From positions 11,191 to 75,190 of the forward strand of contig DAIUFS010000003.1 in the NCBI GenBank assembly GCA_036844485.1: a stretch of 64,000 nucleotides of DNA. Reading direction: 5' to 3'. The position numbers and the translations under genes were made by a program. The notes beneath the pieces were generated by a model that ran no database searches, was not told the DNA's origin, and saw only the letters and a list, made by a program, of their open reading frames with translations. This stretch comes from Candidatus Dormiibacterota bacterium (lineage in GTDB: Bacteria > Chloroflexota > Dormibacteria > Aeolococcales > Aeolococcaceae). Positions 56,018-64,000 of this stretch are shown here, piece by piece (within the stretch, counting starts at the first letter, position 1; the number at the start of each line of letters is the position of its first letter).

Positions 56018-58032
56018 GAAGCTCCCGCTTCAGCGCCTGGGACGGCACCCAGGACCCACTCGGGCCCGACGTCGAAGAGATCTTCAACCGGCTCAGCGAG
56101 GACGTCTTCCACGGCTGGGACTTCGAGACAGCTCTGCGGCGCATGCTCAGCCAGGGCTGGCGCGACAAGTCGGGACGGCGGCTCATGGGCCTCGAGGAGA
56201 TGACCGAGCGGCTCGCCCGGCAGCGCCGCAAGCAGCTCGAGAAGTACAACCTCGACGGCGTCTTCAAGGACATCACCGAGAAGCTCGACAACGTCGTCCG
56301 GCTGGAGCGCCAGGGCATCGCCGAGCGGCTCGCCCGCGTCGACGAGGAGTCGGCGCGGCGCATCCTCGAGCGGGTGGCGGCCAAGCGCCGCGACCAGCTC
56401 GACAACCTTTCTCCCGATCCGGGCGCGGCGATTCGCGAGCTGCAGGGCTACGAGTTCATGGACGAGCGCGCCGAGCAGGCCTTCGCCCGCCTCCTCGAGG
56501 AGATCAAGAAGGGGGTCGTCGACACCTACTTCAAAGAGATGACCGAGCAGATGCGGGCCATGTCCGCGGAGGACGTCGCACAGCTGCGCGCCATGGCCCG
56601 CGACCTCAACCGGCTGGTGCGCGAGAAGCTCGAGGGCGTTCCCGAGGCGCAGCGGCAGCGCAGCTATGAGAGCTTCCTGGAGCGCTGGGGCCGCCTCTTC
56701 CCAAATGCGCCCCCCAAGGTCGACGACTTCCTCGACGAGATCACCAAGCAGATGGCGCGCATGGATTCGCTGATGCGTTCGCTGTCACCGGAGATGCGCC
56801 GCCAGCTCAGCGAGCTCGTCGACGCTGTCTTCGGCGACGCCGAGCTCCAATCGGAGCTCGCCGAGCTGGGCGCCGGCCTGGAGATGCTCTCGCCCCGCGG
56901 GGGCCTGGGCTCGCGCTACTCGTTCTTCGGGGGCGAGGAGCTGCCCCTCGACGAGGCCATGCAGCTGATGGGGCGGCTCCAGTCGATGGAGGAGCTGGAG
57001 CGCAGCCTGCGCGAGGTGTACCGCGGCGGCCAGATCCCGCCGGAGACGCGCCGCCAGCTCCAGGAGCTGCTCGGCGACGAGGCGGCGCGCAGTCTCGACC
57101 AGCTCTCCCACATGGCCGGTGAGCTGGAGGCCCGCGGGCTGGTGCAGCGCGACGCCGACGGCCTCCGCCTCACCGCCCGCGGCATGCGCCGCATCGGCCA
57201 GAAGGCGCTCGGCGACCTCTTCGCTCAGCTTCACAAGGATCGCTTCGGGGAGCACGCGCTGAGCCGTCGCGGCCAGCGCGGGGAGCGCGCCGAGGACAGC
57301 AAGCCCTACGAGTTCGGCGACCCCTTCGACCTCGACGTGGAGCGCACCGTCATGAACGCCATCCAGCGCCAGGCCTCCAACGCTCCCGGCGAGCGCACCG
57401 GTGTGCCCCTGCTGGCGCCGGACGACTTCGAGGTGCACCGCAGCGACTCGCTGACGCGGTCCTCGACAGTGCTGATGCTCGACATGAGCCGCAGCATGCC
57501 GCTGCGGGGATACTTCTACGCCGCCAAGAAGGTGGCCCTGGCGCTCGACTCGCTGATCCGCAGCCAGTACCCGCGCGATGCCCTGCACATCATCGGATTC
57601 AGCGACATCGCCCGCGAGATCCGCTCCTCCGATCTGCCCCATCTCAGCGTCAACGAATACGTGTACGGCACCAACATGCAGCACGGCCTGATGATGGCGC
57701 GGCGCCTGCTGGCGCGCGACGGCGCCGCCAACAAGCAGATCATCATCGTCAGCGACGGCGAGCCCACAGCGCACATCGAGAACGGCCGGCCGGTGTTCTT
57801 CTACCCGCCGCTGCCGGAGACGTTCGCCAAGACCCTGGTGGAGGTGCAGCGCTGCACGCGCGAGAACATCGTCATCAACACCTTCATGCTCGAGTCCAAC
57901 CACCAGCTGGTCCAATTCGTCGACGAGATGACCAGGCTGAACCGGGGCCGCGCCTTCTTCATCAGTCCCGACCGGCTCGGCGATTACGTCCTCGTCGACT
58001 ACGTCGCCAGCAAGCGGCGGCGCGCCGCATAG
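56014..58032 (+). CDS. von Willebrand factor type A (VWA) protein with long helical N-terminal region
   Basis: 672 aa. The GTG start overlaps the ATPase stop (GTGA). The C-terminal VWA domain has MIDAS motifs VLMLDMSRSM and IIIVSDGEPTA. The N-terminal 430 or so aa are rich in E/R/L/Q and look coiled-coil-like. Confidence 0.8.
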   Translation: MRSSRFSAWDGTQDPLGPDVEEIFNRLSEDVFHGWDFETALRRMLSQGWRDKSGRRLMGLEEMTERLARQRRKQLEKYNLDGVFKDITEKLDNVVRLERQGIAERLARVDEESARRILERVAAKRRDQLDNLSPDPGAAIRELQGYEFMDERAEQAFARLLEEIKKGVVDTYFKEMTEQMRAMSAEDVAQLRAMARDLNRLVREKLEGVPEAQRQRSYESFLERWGRLFPNAPPKVDDFLDEITKQMARMDSLMRSLSPEMRRQLSELVDAVFGDAELQSELAELGAGLEMLSPRGGLGSRYSFFGGEELPLDEAMQLMGRLQSMEELERSLREVYRGGQIPPETRRQLQELLGDEAARSLDQLSHMAGELEARGLVQRDADGLRLTARGMRRIGQKALGDLFAQLHKDRFGEHALSRRGQRGERAEDSKPYEFGDPFDLDVERTVMNAIQRQASNAPGERTGVPLLAPDDFEVHRSDSLTRSSTVLMLDMSRSMPLRGYFYAAKKVALALDSLIRSQYPRDALHIIGFSDIAREIRSSDLPHLSVNEYVYGTNMQHGLMMARRLLARDGAANKQIIIVSDGEPTAHIENGRPVFFYPPLPETFAKTLVEVQRCTRENIVINTFMLESNHQLVQFVDEMTRLNRGRAFFISPDRLGDYVLVDYVASKRRRAA

Positions 58033-58039
58033 CAGGCTG

Positions 58040-58882
58040 ATGGTGGCGGGGGAACCGGGCGACCGCACCGCCTTCGCGGAGCGGCTGCGCCTGCAGGTCG
58101 CCGCCCGGTACAGAGGTACCTCGGTCGAGATCGACCCCGCGCGCTACTGCCTGCGGGTGCGCGGCCCCGGAGTGGACATCGCGCTGCCGCTGTCGGCGCT
58201 GTACGCGGCGTGCGAACGCCAGCCGGCGCGCACCTCGTCGCTCATCGCCGACTTCGTCCGCAACGCCGAGGCGAGCATGGCGCCGCGCCCCGCCGAGACG
58301 GTGTCGCTATCGCGCGTGCTGTGGTGCGTGCGCAGCCGTCGCTACCTCGCCTCACTGGCGCGCAGCGAGGAGCTGCTCCACGAGGGGATCAGCAACGACA
58401 TGGTCGCCTTCATCGCGGAATCGCTGCCGGGCCAGGTGATGCGCGGGGTACCGCGCGCGGAGTGGGAGGCTGCGGGCATCGACGTCGCCGCTGTCCGCCG
58501 CGCCGCCGACGAGAACACGGCGGCGCGCTTCACCCGCGTCGTCGAGCGCATCGGCGCCATCGACCGGATCCCCGCCGACGGCTGGCGGCTGGCCGGCGAC
58601 TCGCTGTACCAGGGGAGCATCGTCATGGTCGAAGCGGTGCTGCGCGCCTTCGTCGAGCGCGCCGGGGGTGACGTGCTCATCGGTCTCCCCGACCGCTCGG
58701 TCGCGCTGGTCATCCCGGCAGCCCTCCCCGGCGCGGAGCTGTTCCCACCCAGGGTGGTGCAGGAGTGGCGCGAGGCCATGAATCCGTGCTCGCCCGAGGT
58801 CCTGCGCAGCGACGGCCGCACGCTCCGCGCCCTGGAGCACGGCCGCCGGGCCACCTCGCTGCTCCCCTGGCTCAACGACTGA
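58040..58882 (+). CDS. Hypothetical protein, third gene of the AAA+/VWA cluster
   Basis: 280-aa ORF starting 7 nt after the VWA stop. Good third-position G/C bias. No family recognised with confidence. Confidence 0.6.
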   Translation: MVAGEPGDRTAFAERLRLQVAARYRGTSVEIDPARYCLRVRGPGVDIALPLSALYAACERQPARTSSLIADFVRNAEASMAPRPAETVSLSRVLWCVRSRRYLASLARSEELLHEGISNDMVAFIAESLPGQVMRGVPRAEWEAAGIDVAAVRRAADENTAARFTRVVERIGAIDRIPADGWRLAGDSLYQGSIVMVEAVLRAFVERAGGDVLIGLPDRSVALVIPAALPGAELFPPRVVQEWREAMNPCSPEVLRSDGRTLRALEHGRRATSLLPWLND

Positions 58883-58909
58883 GTTCGGGGGTCCTGCCGC
58901 GGATCGCTG

Positions 58910-59344
58910 TCAGGAAATCCGTGTCGTCGGGGCGGGCGCGTCGATGACCCGGGTGCGCGCCTCCTCGCGTCGCGCCGCGATCGCTGTCAGCGCAGCCAGC
59001 GCGGCGGCCCCGACCAGGCTGCCGCTGATGCGCATTGCGCTCCGCATGGCGTCGCCGCTGCCCGCCCCCGGGAGGGCCGGGCCCTCGCCGAACCACACGG
59101 TGACCGCAGTCTGCTCGGTGCGCTCGCCGTGGCGGTGGGAGCGGGCTCTCTCCACGCGCACCGCCGCCGGGGTCAGCGGGTGACGGTCCGCCCGGCCCGA
59201 CAGCGCCCCGTCGAGGCGGCGCAACGCCGCGGTGGCAGCCGATCGCAGCGCACCCGATCGCGTCGTGGACATGCGCATCGCGCCGGCCGCGGCGCGGGCC
59301 AGCGGACCGGCCGCCCTCAGCATCGCCGGGGCACTGGAGGCCAT
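58910..59344 (-). CDS. Hypothetical protein with C-terminal hydrophobic segment
   Basis: 144-aa ORF. Reading its codons shows nearly uniform G/C at third positions. ISGSLVGAAALAALTAIAA is a likely TM segment. No family recognised. Confidence 0.45.
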   Translation of the reverse strand: MASSAPAMLRAAGPLARAAAGAMRMSTTRSGALRSAATAALRRLDGALSGRADRHPLTPAAVRVERARSHRHGERTEQTAVTVWFGEGPALPGAGSGDAMRSAMRISGSLVGAAALAALTAIAARREEARTRVIDAPAPTTRIS

Positions 59345-59452
59345 CGGCCACAGGATAGCCCGCTCACCCGGCGTTCATGTGTCGCGCCGCTCGCCGGTCG
59401 CCACCGGCCGTCGGCCGCAATCCCGCCGGGGTCGCCTGCTAGCGTTGCCCCG

Positions 59453-60334
59453 GTGATAGCTGTCCCCGACCACGAACAGCGCATCGTCGCGGCCCTCTGC
59501 GGAGCCGCCGCGGCCTCGCAGCCCAGCGATCAGGCTGGCGCCTCCAACCCCGCTCAGGACATGCTCGCCGTCGCCGAGTCCATCGCCGAGCGTGGCGCCC
59601 TCGACGTCGATGACCTGCGCCAGCGACAGCTGCCGGATGCCAGTGGCACCGCGTTGCTGCTGCGCGCTCTCCCGTTCGGGCTGGCCACGCCGCTCGACCG
59701 ACCCAGGCTGCGACGCGACGCCTATCGCTATGCCTCCGCCGCCGGGGCCGACGAGGGCACCGCGCTGGTCTGCGTCGCCGCCGCCCTGGTCGCCGCCGAC
59801 CTGCTCCGCTTCGACCCCGTGATGACCGCCATCCGGGTCAGGCAGTCGCTCCTCGAGGACGCCCCCATGGCGCTGCTCAACCGCCTCACCATCCTCGACC
59901 CCGCCAGCGGGATCACGGCAGCCCACGCTGAGCCCGCAAGCGAGACCACGATCGCCGCCGCGGATCCCGATAGCAAGGTCGCTTCGGCCCACCCTGACCC
60001 ACCCAACGACATCACGACCGCCGGCGCGGATCCCGGAAGCACGGCCACCCCGGCCGGAGCCGATCCCGCCAGCGAGATCAGCAACGCAGACACCGATCCC
60101 GGGGCAGCCCTCCAGGCGGCCCTCAGCGTGCTGGCCTGGACCGACTGCGCGGGCGTCTCGGCAGTGCTCGCCCGGCTCAGCGACAGCGGGCCCAGCGACG
60201 TCGCCGCCCTCGCCGCGGCCCTGGCCGGAGCGGCCTCCGGTGCCTGTGACGTCCCCGTCAACGCAGAGTTCGCCGAGCGAGCCGGCCGCGTCGCTGCAGC
60301 GCTGGCCTCCCTGGCCGCGGCCGCAGTCCCGTAA
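59453..60334 (+). CDS. ADP-ribosylglycohydrolase-like protein, apparently degenerate, with an Asp-Pro-rich repeat insertion
   Basis: ORF 59129..60334 trimmed to GTG 59453. The N-terminal EQRIVAALCGAAAAS and C-terminal DSGPSDVAALAAALAGAASGACDVP mirror the DRxxGxLxGxAxGDALG and GGDTDTxAAIAGALAGAxxGxxxIP regions of the ARH family, but lack the acidic/Thr metal ligands. Confidence 0.4.
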   Translation: MIAVPDHEQRIVAALCGAAAASQPSDQAGASNPAQDMLAVAESIAERGALDVDDLRQRQLPDASGTALLLRALPFGLATPLDRPRLRRDAYRYASAAGADEGTALVCVAAALVAADLLRFDPVMTAIRVRQSLLEDAPMALLNRLTILDPASGITAAHAEPASETTIAAADPDSKVASAHPDPPNDITTAGADPGSTATPAGADPASEISNADTDPGAALQAALSVLAWTDCAGVSAVLARLSDSGPSDVAALAAALAGAASGACDVPVNAEFAERAGRVAAALASLAAAAVP

Positions 60335-60376
60335 CGCGTCCCCAGACGGGATTGCACCGGGCGCTAAGATCCCAGC

Positions 60377-60790
60377 GTGGCAGACAAGGGCCGGCACATT
60401 CGCATCCTCACCGCCAAGGTCGGCCTCGACGGCCACGACCGCGGCATCAAGGTGATCTCCCGCGCTCTTCGCGACGCCGGCGTCGAGGTGATCTACACGG
60501 GGTTGCACCAGACCCCTGAGATGGTGGTCGACGCCGCCATCCAGGAGGACGTCGACGGGATCGGCATCAGCCTGCTCAGCGGAGCGCACATGACGCTCTT
60601 CCCCGAGATCATCCGGCTGCTTCGCGAGCGCGACGCCGGTGACATCGTCGTCTTCGGCGGCGGGATCATCCCCGACCAGGATGTCGAGGCCCTGCGCAAG
60701 CTGGGTGTCGACAAGGTGTTCACTCCGGGCACGTCGCTTGACGAGGCGGTCGCCTACGTCAAGGAGCGCTTCGGCAAGGTCGCCGCCTGA
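60377..60790 (+). CDS. Stand-alone cobalamin-binding domain protein (methylmalonyl-CoA mutase C-terminal domain type)
   Basis: 137 aa. [34 protein letters not shown] contains the DxHxxG B12-binding motif, followed by GISLLSGAH and VFGGGIIP. Confidence 0.85.
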   Translation: MADKGRHIRILTAKVGLDGHDRGIKVISRALRDAGVEVIYTGLHQTPEMVVDAAIQEDVDGIGISLLSGAHMTLFPEIIRLLRERDAGDIVVFGGGIIPDQDVEALRKLGVDKVFTPGTSLDEAVAYVKERFGKVAA

Positions 60791-60823
60791 GGTCGGGGGC
60801 TGGACTCCCGAGCTCTCGCCGCG

Positions 60824-61459
60824 GTGACCCTGGCGTCGCACGCCAACGCCGCCCTCGCCGCCGGCACGCCGCTCCGACTCCCGGCGCATCCGGCGTTCAT
60901 GGTGGTGCGGCGGGCGCGGCACGTGGATGGGAGTGGCCCGGCGGACGTGGACAGCTGGTTCGCCGAGATCCGCGCCGGCGGAGGGCCGGTGCTCCTCGCT
61001 GACGCCGGCGTCGATGGCGACAGCATCGTGGTCACTCCGACGGCGGGATGGCGGGTCGGTACCGCCGACGGCGGGCTGGTGCTGTCGCCATGTGAGCCAT
61101 TCGAGGTCGAGCTGATCGAGCTCGATGAGGTGACCGATCTCCTGCGCGCCGCAGCTGTCGCCGCTCGCGAGGTCGCAGGTGGGGACGCTCCGCCGCTGTG
61201 GTACGAGGCGGTCAACCGCGCCATCGCCATCCTCGATTCCAGCGGCAGTGGCGAGGAGCTCTCCGACGTTGCCTGGCCGCATTTCCTGCTGCCGACGGCG
61301 TCGCCCCTGCGCGCGCACCGATTGGCGGCGTCGGCGGCAACCCTGTGGCTGTGGGACGGCCCGGGCGCGTGGACCGGCCCCGCTGCCGACCTGGCCCACG
61401 CGCGGCTCCGCGAAGCCGTCGGGGATGCGCTCATCGCCGCAGTCGACGCTGCGTCCTGA
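60824..61459 (+). CDS. Hypothetical protein
   Basis: 211-aa ORF, GTG start 34 nt after the B12-domain gene. Strong third-position G/C bias. No family recognised. Confidence 0.5.
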   Translation: MTLASHANAALAAGTPLRLPAHPAFMVVRRARHVDGSGPADVDSWFAEIRAGGGPVLLADAGVDGDSIVVTPTAGWRVGTADGGLVLSPCEPFEVELIELDEVTDLLRAAAVAAREVAGGDAPPLWYEAVNRAIAILDSSGSGEELSDVAWPHFLLPTASPLRAHRLAASAATLWLWDGPGAWTGPAADLAHARLREAVGDALIAAVDAAS

Positions 61460-61488
61460 CGCGAAATCTCCGGACCAGGCGGGCCAGA

Positions 61489-62736
61489 TCACACAGCCAC
61501 ACTGGTGGGCGCTCGGGCCAGCGAGACCTGTTGCGGCAGAGGTGGCAGAGTCAGCAGACCACCGTCATCGGCACGCACCAGCTGCCAGCCGCCTTCGTGC
61601 ACGGACCAGTGATGGCGGTTGCAGAGAAGGACAAGGTTCTGCAGGTCGGTTCGGCCGCCCTGGGCCCAGTGGACGACATGGTGCGCCGCGGTCCACGATG
61701 CGGAACGGTCGCAGCCCGGCCAGCGGCAGCCTCGGTCGCGGATGTTCAAAGCCCGGCGCGTCGCCCCGGGGACGACCCGCTCCGACCGGCCCACGTCGAC
61801 GACCGCCGAGCGGGAGTCGAGGAGCACTCGGGTGATGGTGGCGTCGCAGGCGAGCCGCCGCACGGTGGCGCCCGCGACCACCCCGGCGTACTCCATCTCG
61901 CCGCCGGGAGAGCCGACCAGATCGAGGAGCGTCTCCAGCGTGGTGGTCACCTGGATGTGAGAGCGCTGGCTGGCGCGCTGCGGGACGACACCGACGTCGA
62001 GACTGCGCGCACAGAGCTCGACGAGCGCGTCGGCGCAGCGCTGTGCTCGAGGGCGGTCGTCCTCCGACCCGGCACGGCGGGCGAGGGACTCGAGCGCGGT
62101 GCGCAGGAGCGCGCCGCCCTCGGGGTCGAAGAAGCCTGAGAGCGCCACGCCGCCGTCACCGCAGGGCTTGACCTCCAACGTGCGCCACTCGCGCTTGGCG
62201 GCCTGCTCCGCGAGGAAAGCCTCGCGATCGGCCTCATGGCGGAGGTGCGCGCAGATCTCGCGAAAGCGCACCACCTCCACGGTCTGCGCCTGCGCGAGGA
62301 GCCCGGCCTCGTCGAACCGTACGGTTGCCGAGGCAGACTCATCGATGGCGCTGGCCGTGCTGGCGATCAGCGCCAGATGCGCGAAGCCGAGCCTCCCGTC
62401 CGACAGCGCGGTGGTGCTCTGCGTGAGCCGGACCGCCTGCTCACCAACGCAGATCGAGGCAGCGGCGGCGGTGCTGGTCATGCGGCAGTGCTGGCGCATC
62501 CAGGAGATCGGGCTGGGATTGTCGTACACGCCCTCGTCGTACACTGCGGCAAAGCGCGCCGCATCGCGGGCGAAGTCGAGCTCCAAGCAGTTGATGAGCG
62601 CCCGCTTCAAACAGAGAACGTCGATGAGCTCGCCCTCGTCGCAGGACTCAGACGGACGCTGGCAATAGCCGGCCACGACCCGTCCGAGCTGGGCCAGATC
62701 CGGTGACGTGAGAGCGAGAACCATGCCATGTAGCAT
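61489..62736 (-). CDS. DUF222 / HNH endonuclease (REP13E12-type)
   Basis: ORF 61489..62871 trimmed to ATG 62736 (or 62724). The C-terminal HNH region is DRGCRWPGCDRSASWTAAHHVVHWAQGGRTDLQNLVLLCNRHHWSVHEGGW. The N-terminal DUF222-like region has ALINCLELDFARDAARF. Confidence 0.85.
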   Translation of the reverse strand: MLHGMVLALTSPDLAQLGRVVAGYCQRPSESCDEGELIDVLCLKRALINCLELDFARDAARFAAVYDEGVYDNPSPISWMRQHCRMTSTAAAASICVGEQAVRLTQSTTALSDGRLGFAHLALIASTASAIDESASATVRFDEAGLLAQAQTVEVVRFREICAHLRHEADREAFLAEQAAKREWRTLEVKPCGDGGVALSGFFDPEGGALLRTALESLARRAGSEDDRPRAQRCADALVELCARSLDVGVVPQRASQRSHIQVTTTLETLLDLVGSPGGEMEYAGVVAGATVRRLACDATITRVLLDSRSAVVDVGRSERVVPGATRRALNIRDRGCRWPGCDRSASWTAAHHVVHWAQGGRTDLQNLVLLCNRHHWSVHEGGWQLVRADDGGLLTLPPLPQQVSLARAPTSVAV

Positions 62737-62909
62737 AGCGAACAGACGTTCGCAATGCAAGGAGAAATCCCTTACACAGCAAGATGTTACCGCACTGTGA
62801 CACGACCACCGGGCGGACATTGGGGGGTGGCACGGCGTTACCGCTGAACCACTCCACACTGGCGCGGACACGGACGGGACAACCCGTCCAAGACCATGAT
62901 TGCCCAGCC

Positions 62910-63527
62910 ATGGACGATGACGCGGCGAAGCGCCTCGTGCGCGAGGGCTACAACAGGATTTCGCGCGAGTACCGCGGAGACGCCATTGCCCCCGAGACGA
63001 ACTACCCGGCCTGGATAACTTTGCTGAGCGACGGACTCAGCAGTGGCGAGCCCGTGCTTGACCTCGGCTGCGGCAACGGGGTACCCGTCAGCCAAGCGCT
63101 GAGCGAGCGCTACGCCGTAACCGGGATGGACATCTCCGACGTGCAGATCCAGCGCGCCCGCCGTCTCGTTCCTCAGGCCACCTTTCTGCGCGCCGACATG
63201 ACGGAGGTCGAATTTCCACGTGCCAGTTTCACCGCCGTGGTTTCGCTGTTCGCGCTGATTCATGTTCCCATCGCACAACAGCGGCACATGATCGAGCAGA
63301 TCGGTAACTGGTTGCGTCCGGGCGGACGGCTCCTGGCGACGGTCGGTCATACGGCCTGGACGGGCATCGACCAGAACTGGCACGGCGGCCGGATGTACTG
63401 GAGCCAGGCCGGCGCCGCCACTTACGCGCGATGGCTCGACCAAGCGGGATTCGACATCCGGAAGCAGAGCTTCATCCCCGAGGGCGAGACCGGTCACGAG
63501 CTGTTCCTCGCCATCCGCGCCCAGTGA
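62910..63527 (+). CDS. Class I SAM-dependent methyltransferase
   Basis: ORF 62784..63527 trimmed to ATG 62910. Motif I VLDLGCGNGVP, then GMDISDVQI, FTAVVSLFALIHV and LRPGGRLL. Confidence 0.8.
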   Translation: MDDDAAKRLVREGYNRISREYRGDAIAPETNYPAWITLLSDGLSSGEPVLDLGCGNGVPVSQALSERYAVTGMDISDVQIQRARRLVPQATFLRADMTEVEFPRASFTAVVSLFALIHVPIAQQRHMIEQIGNWLRPGGRLLATVGHTAWTGIDQNWHGGRMYWSQAGAATYARWLDQAGFDIRKQSFIPEGETGHELFLAIRAQ

Positions 63528-63543
63528 GCCCCCCGCCGCGGAC

Positions 63544-63579
63544 CCAGGCGGGCTCACCACACCAGGTGAGCCCGCCTGG
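63544..63579. terminator. Perfect 15-bp-stem hairpin between convergent genes (bidirectional terminator candidate)
   Basis: CCAGGCGGGCTCACC-acacca-GGTGAGCCCGCCTGG, located 17 nt after the methyltransferase stop and 5 nt from the peroxiredoxin stop. Confidence 0.6.
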
Positions 63580-63583
63580 CCGC

Positions 63584-64000
63584 CTACTGCGGCTGCGGGG
63601 TGATGCGGATGTAGGGCTTCGGCGACTTGTAGCCGGGGAAGATCTGCTTGGCCTCGTCGTCTGACACGGAGCCGGCGATGATCACGTCGTCGCCCTGCTT
63701 CCAGTTCACCGGCGTCGAGACGCGGTGCTTGGCTGTCAGCTGCAGCGAGTCGATCACCCGCAGGACCTCGTCGAAGTTGCGCCCGGTGGTCATCGGGTAG
63801 ACGAGGATCAGCTTCACCTTCTTGTCCGGTCCGATCACGAAGACGTTGCGGACCGTCTGGTTGTCAGCCGGGGTGCGCTGGGCTGGGTCACCCGAGGTGC
63901 TGGCCGGCAGCATCCCGTACAGCTTCGAGACGTTGAAATCGGCGTCGCCGATGATCGGGTAGGTGGGCCGTGCGCCCTGGGTCTCCTCGATGTCGTCGGC
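63584..64000 (-). CDS. 1-Cys peroxiredoxin (Prx6-like), C-terminal part (N-terminus beyond window end)
   Basis: The ORF-track frame 63584..63913 stays open to position 64000. My translation reads ADDIEETQGARPTYPIIGDADFNVSKLYGMLPAS...NVFVIGPDKKVKLILVYPMTTGRNFDEVLRVIDSLQLT...VSTPVNWKQGDDVII, the typical 1-Cys Prx C-terminal half. Confidence 0.85.
   Translation of the reverse strand, partial: ADDIEETQGARPTYPIIGDADFNVSKLYGMLPASTSGDPAQRTPADNQTVRNVFVIGPDKKVKLILVYPMTTGRNFDEVLRVIDSLQLTAKHRVSTPVNWKQGDDVIIAGSVSDDEAKQIFPGYKSPKPYIRITPQPQ

Noticed and set aside
59375-61492. 705-aa minus-strand ORF covering the ARH-like, B12-domain and hypothetical genes
   Set aside because: It is antisense to a gene with a canonical DxHxxG B12-binding domain, and its composition (G/R/A/D runs) is not protein-like. 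It is an artefact of GC richness.

Overview
High-GC, densely coding window on both strands. The gene content looks actinobacterium-like: GlgE glucan pathway, ECF42-type sigma factor with YCII partners, DUF222-HNH gene, DinB/MDMPI-like protein. No rRNA, tRNA, CRISPR array, transposase or integrase was recognised. In order, the window holds: (1) an IclR-controlled hydroquinone/hydroxyquinol lower-pathway operon (434-6995) followed by an orphan MoxR ATPase; (2) small stress and regulatory units (OsmC, DUF4242/TetR, two YCII genes plus an ECF sigma factor, vapBC); (3) miscellaneous catabolic genes (DAO-type flavoenzyme, DapA-like lyase, acyl-CoA synthetase); (4) a DUF1989 / ureohydrolase / NCS1 permease / amidase cluster, probably acting on a guanidino or ureido compound; (5) a secreted five-Asp-box BNR protein; (6) an XRE-nucleotidyltransferase two-gene module with a perfect 20-bp operator palindrome; (7) purM-purN-purH; (8) a glgE-treS-pep2-glgB operon joined by 4-nt start/stop overlaps; (9) a compositionally atypical, decaying segment (about 41.8-45.7 kb) with an internally deleted MFS/cNMP-binding gene, a DUF3494 ice-binding-like surface protein carrying a (TCCGGT)9 microsatellite and a sortase-like tail, and a frameshifted methyltransferase; (10) a split DipZ-like Trx/CcdA pair, aconitase with an in-frame 21-bp tandem repeat, and recJ; (11) cobB followed by a ChlI-like AAA+ / VWA / unknown three-gene module; (12) a stand-alone B12-binding domain, a DUF222-HNH gene, a methyltransferase and a partial 1-Cys peroxiredoxin. 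The candidates I rate most worth follow-up are the cobB-adjacent AAA+/VWA module, the guanidino/ureido cluster, the XRE-NTase pair and the DUF3494 surface protein. None is proven novel from sequence alone. Family assignments rest on motif recognition by eye, not on database searches.
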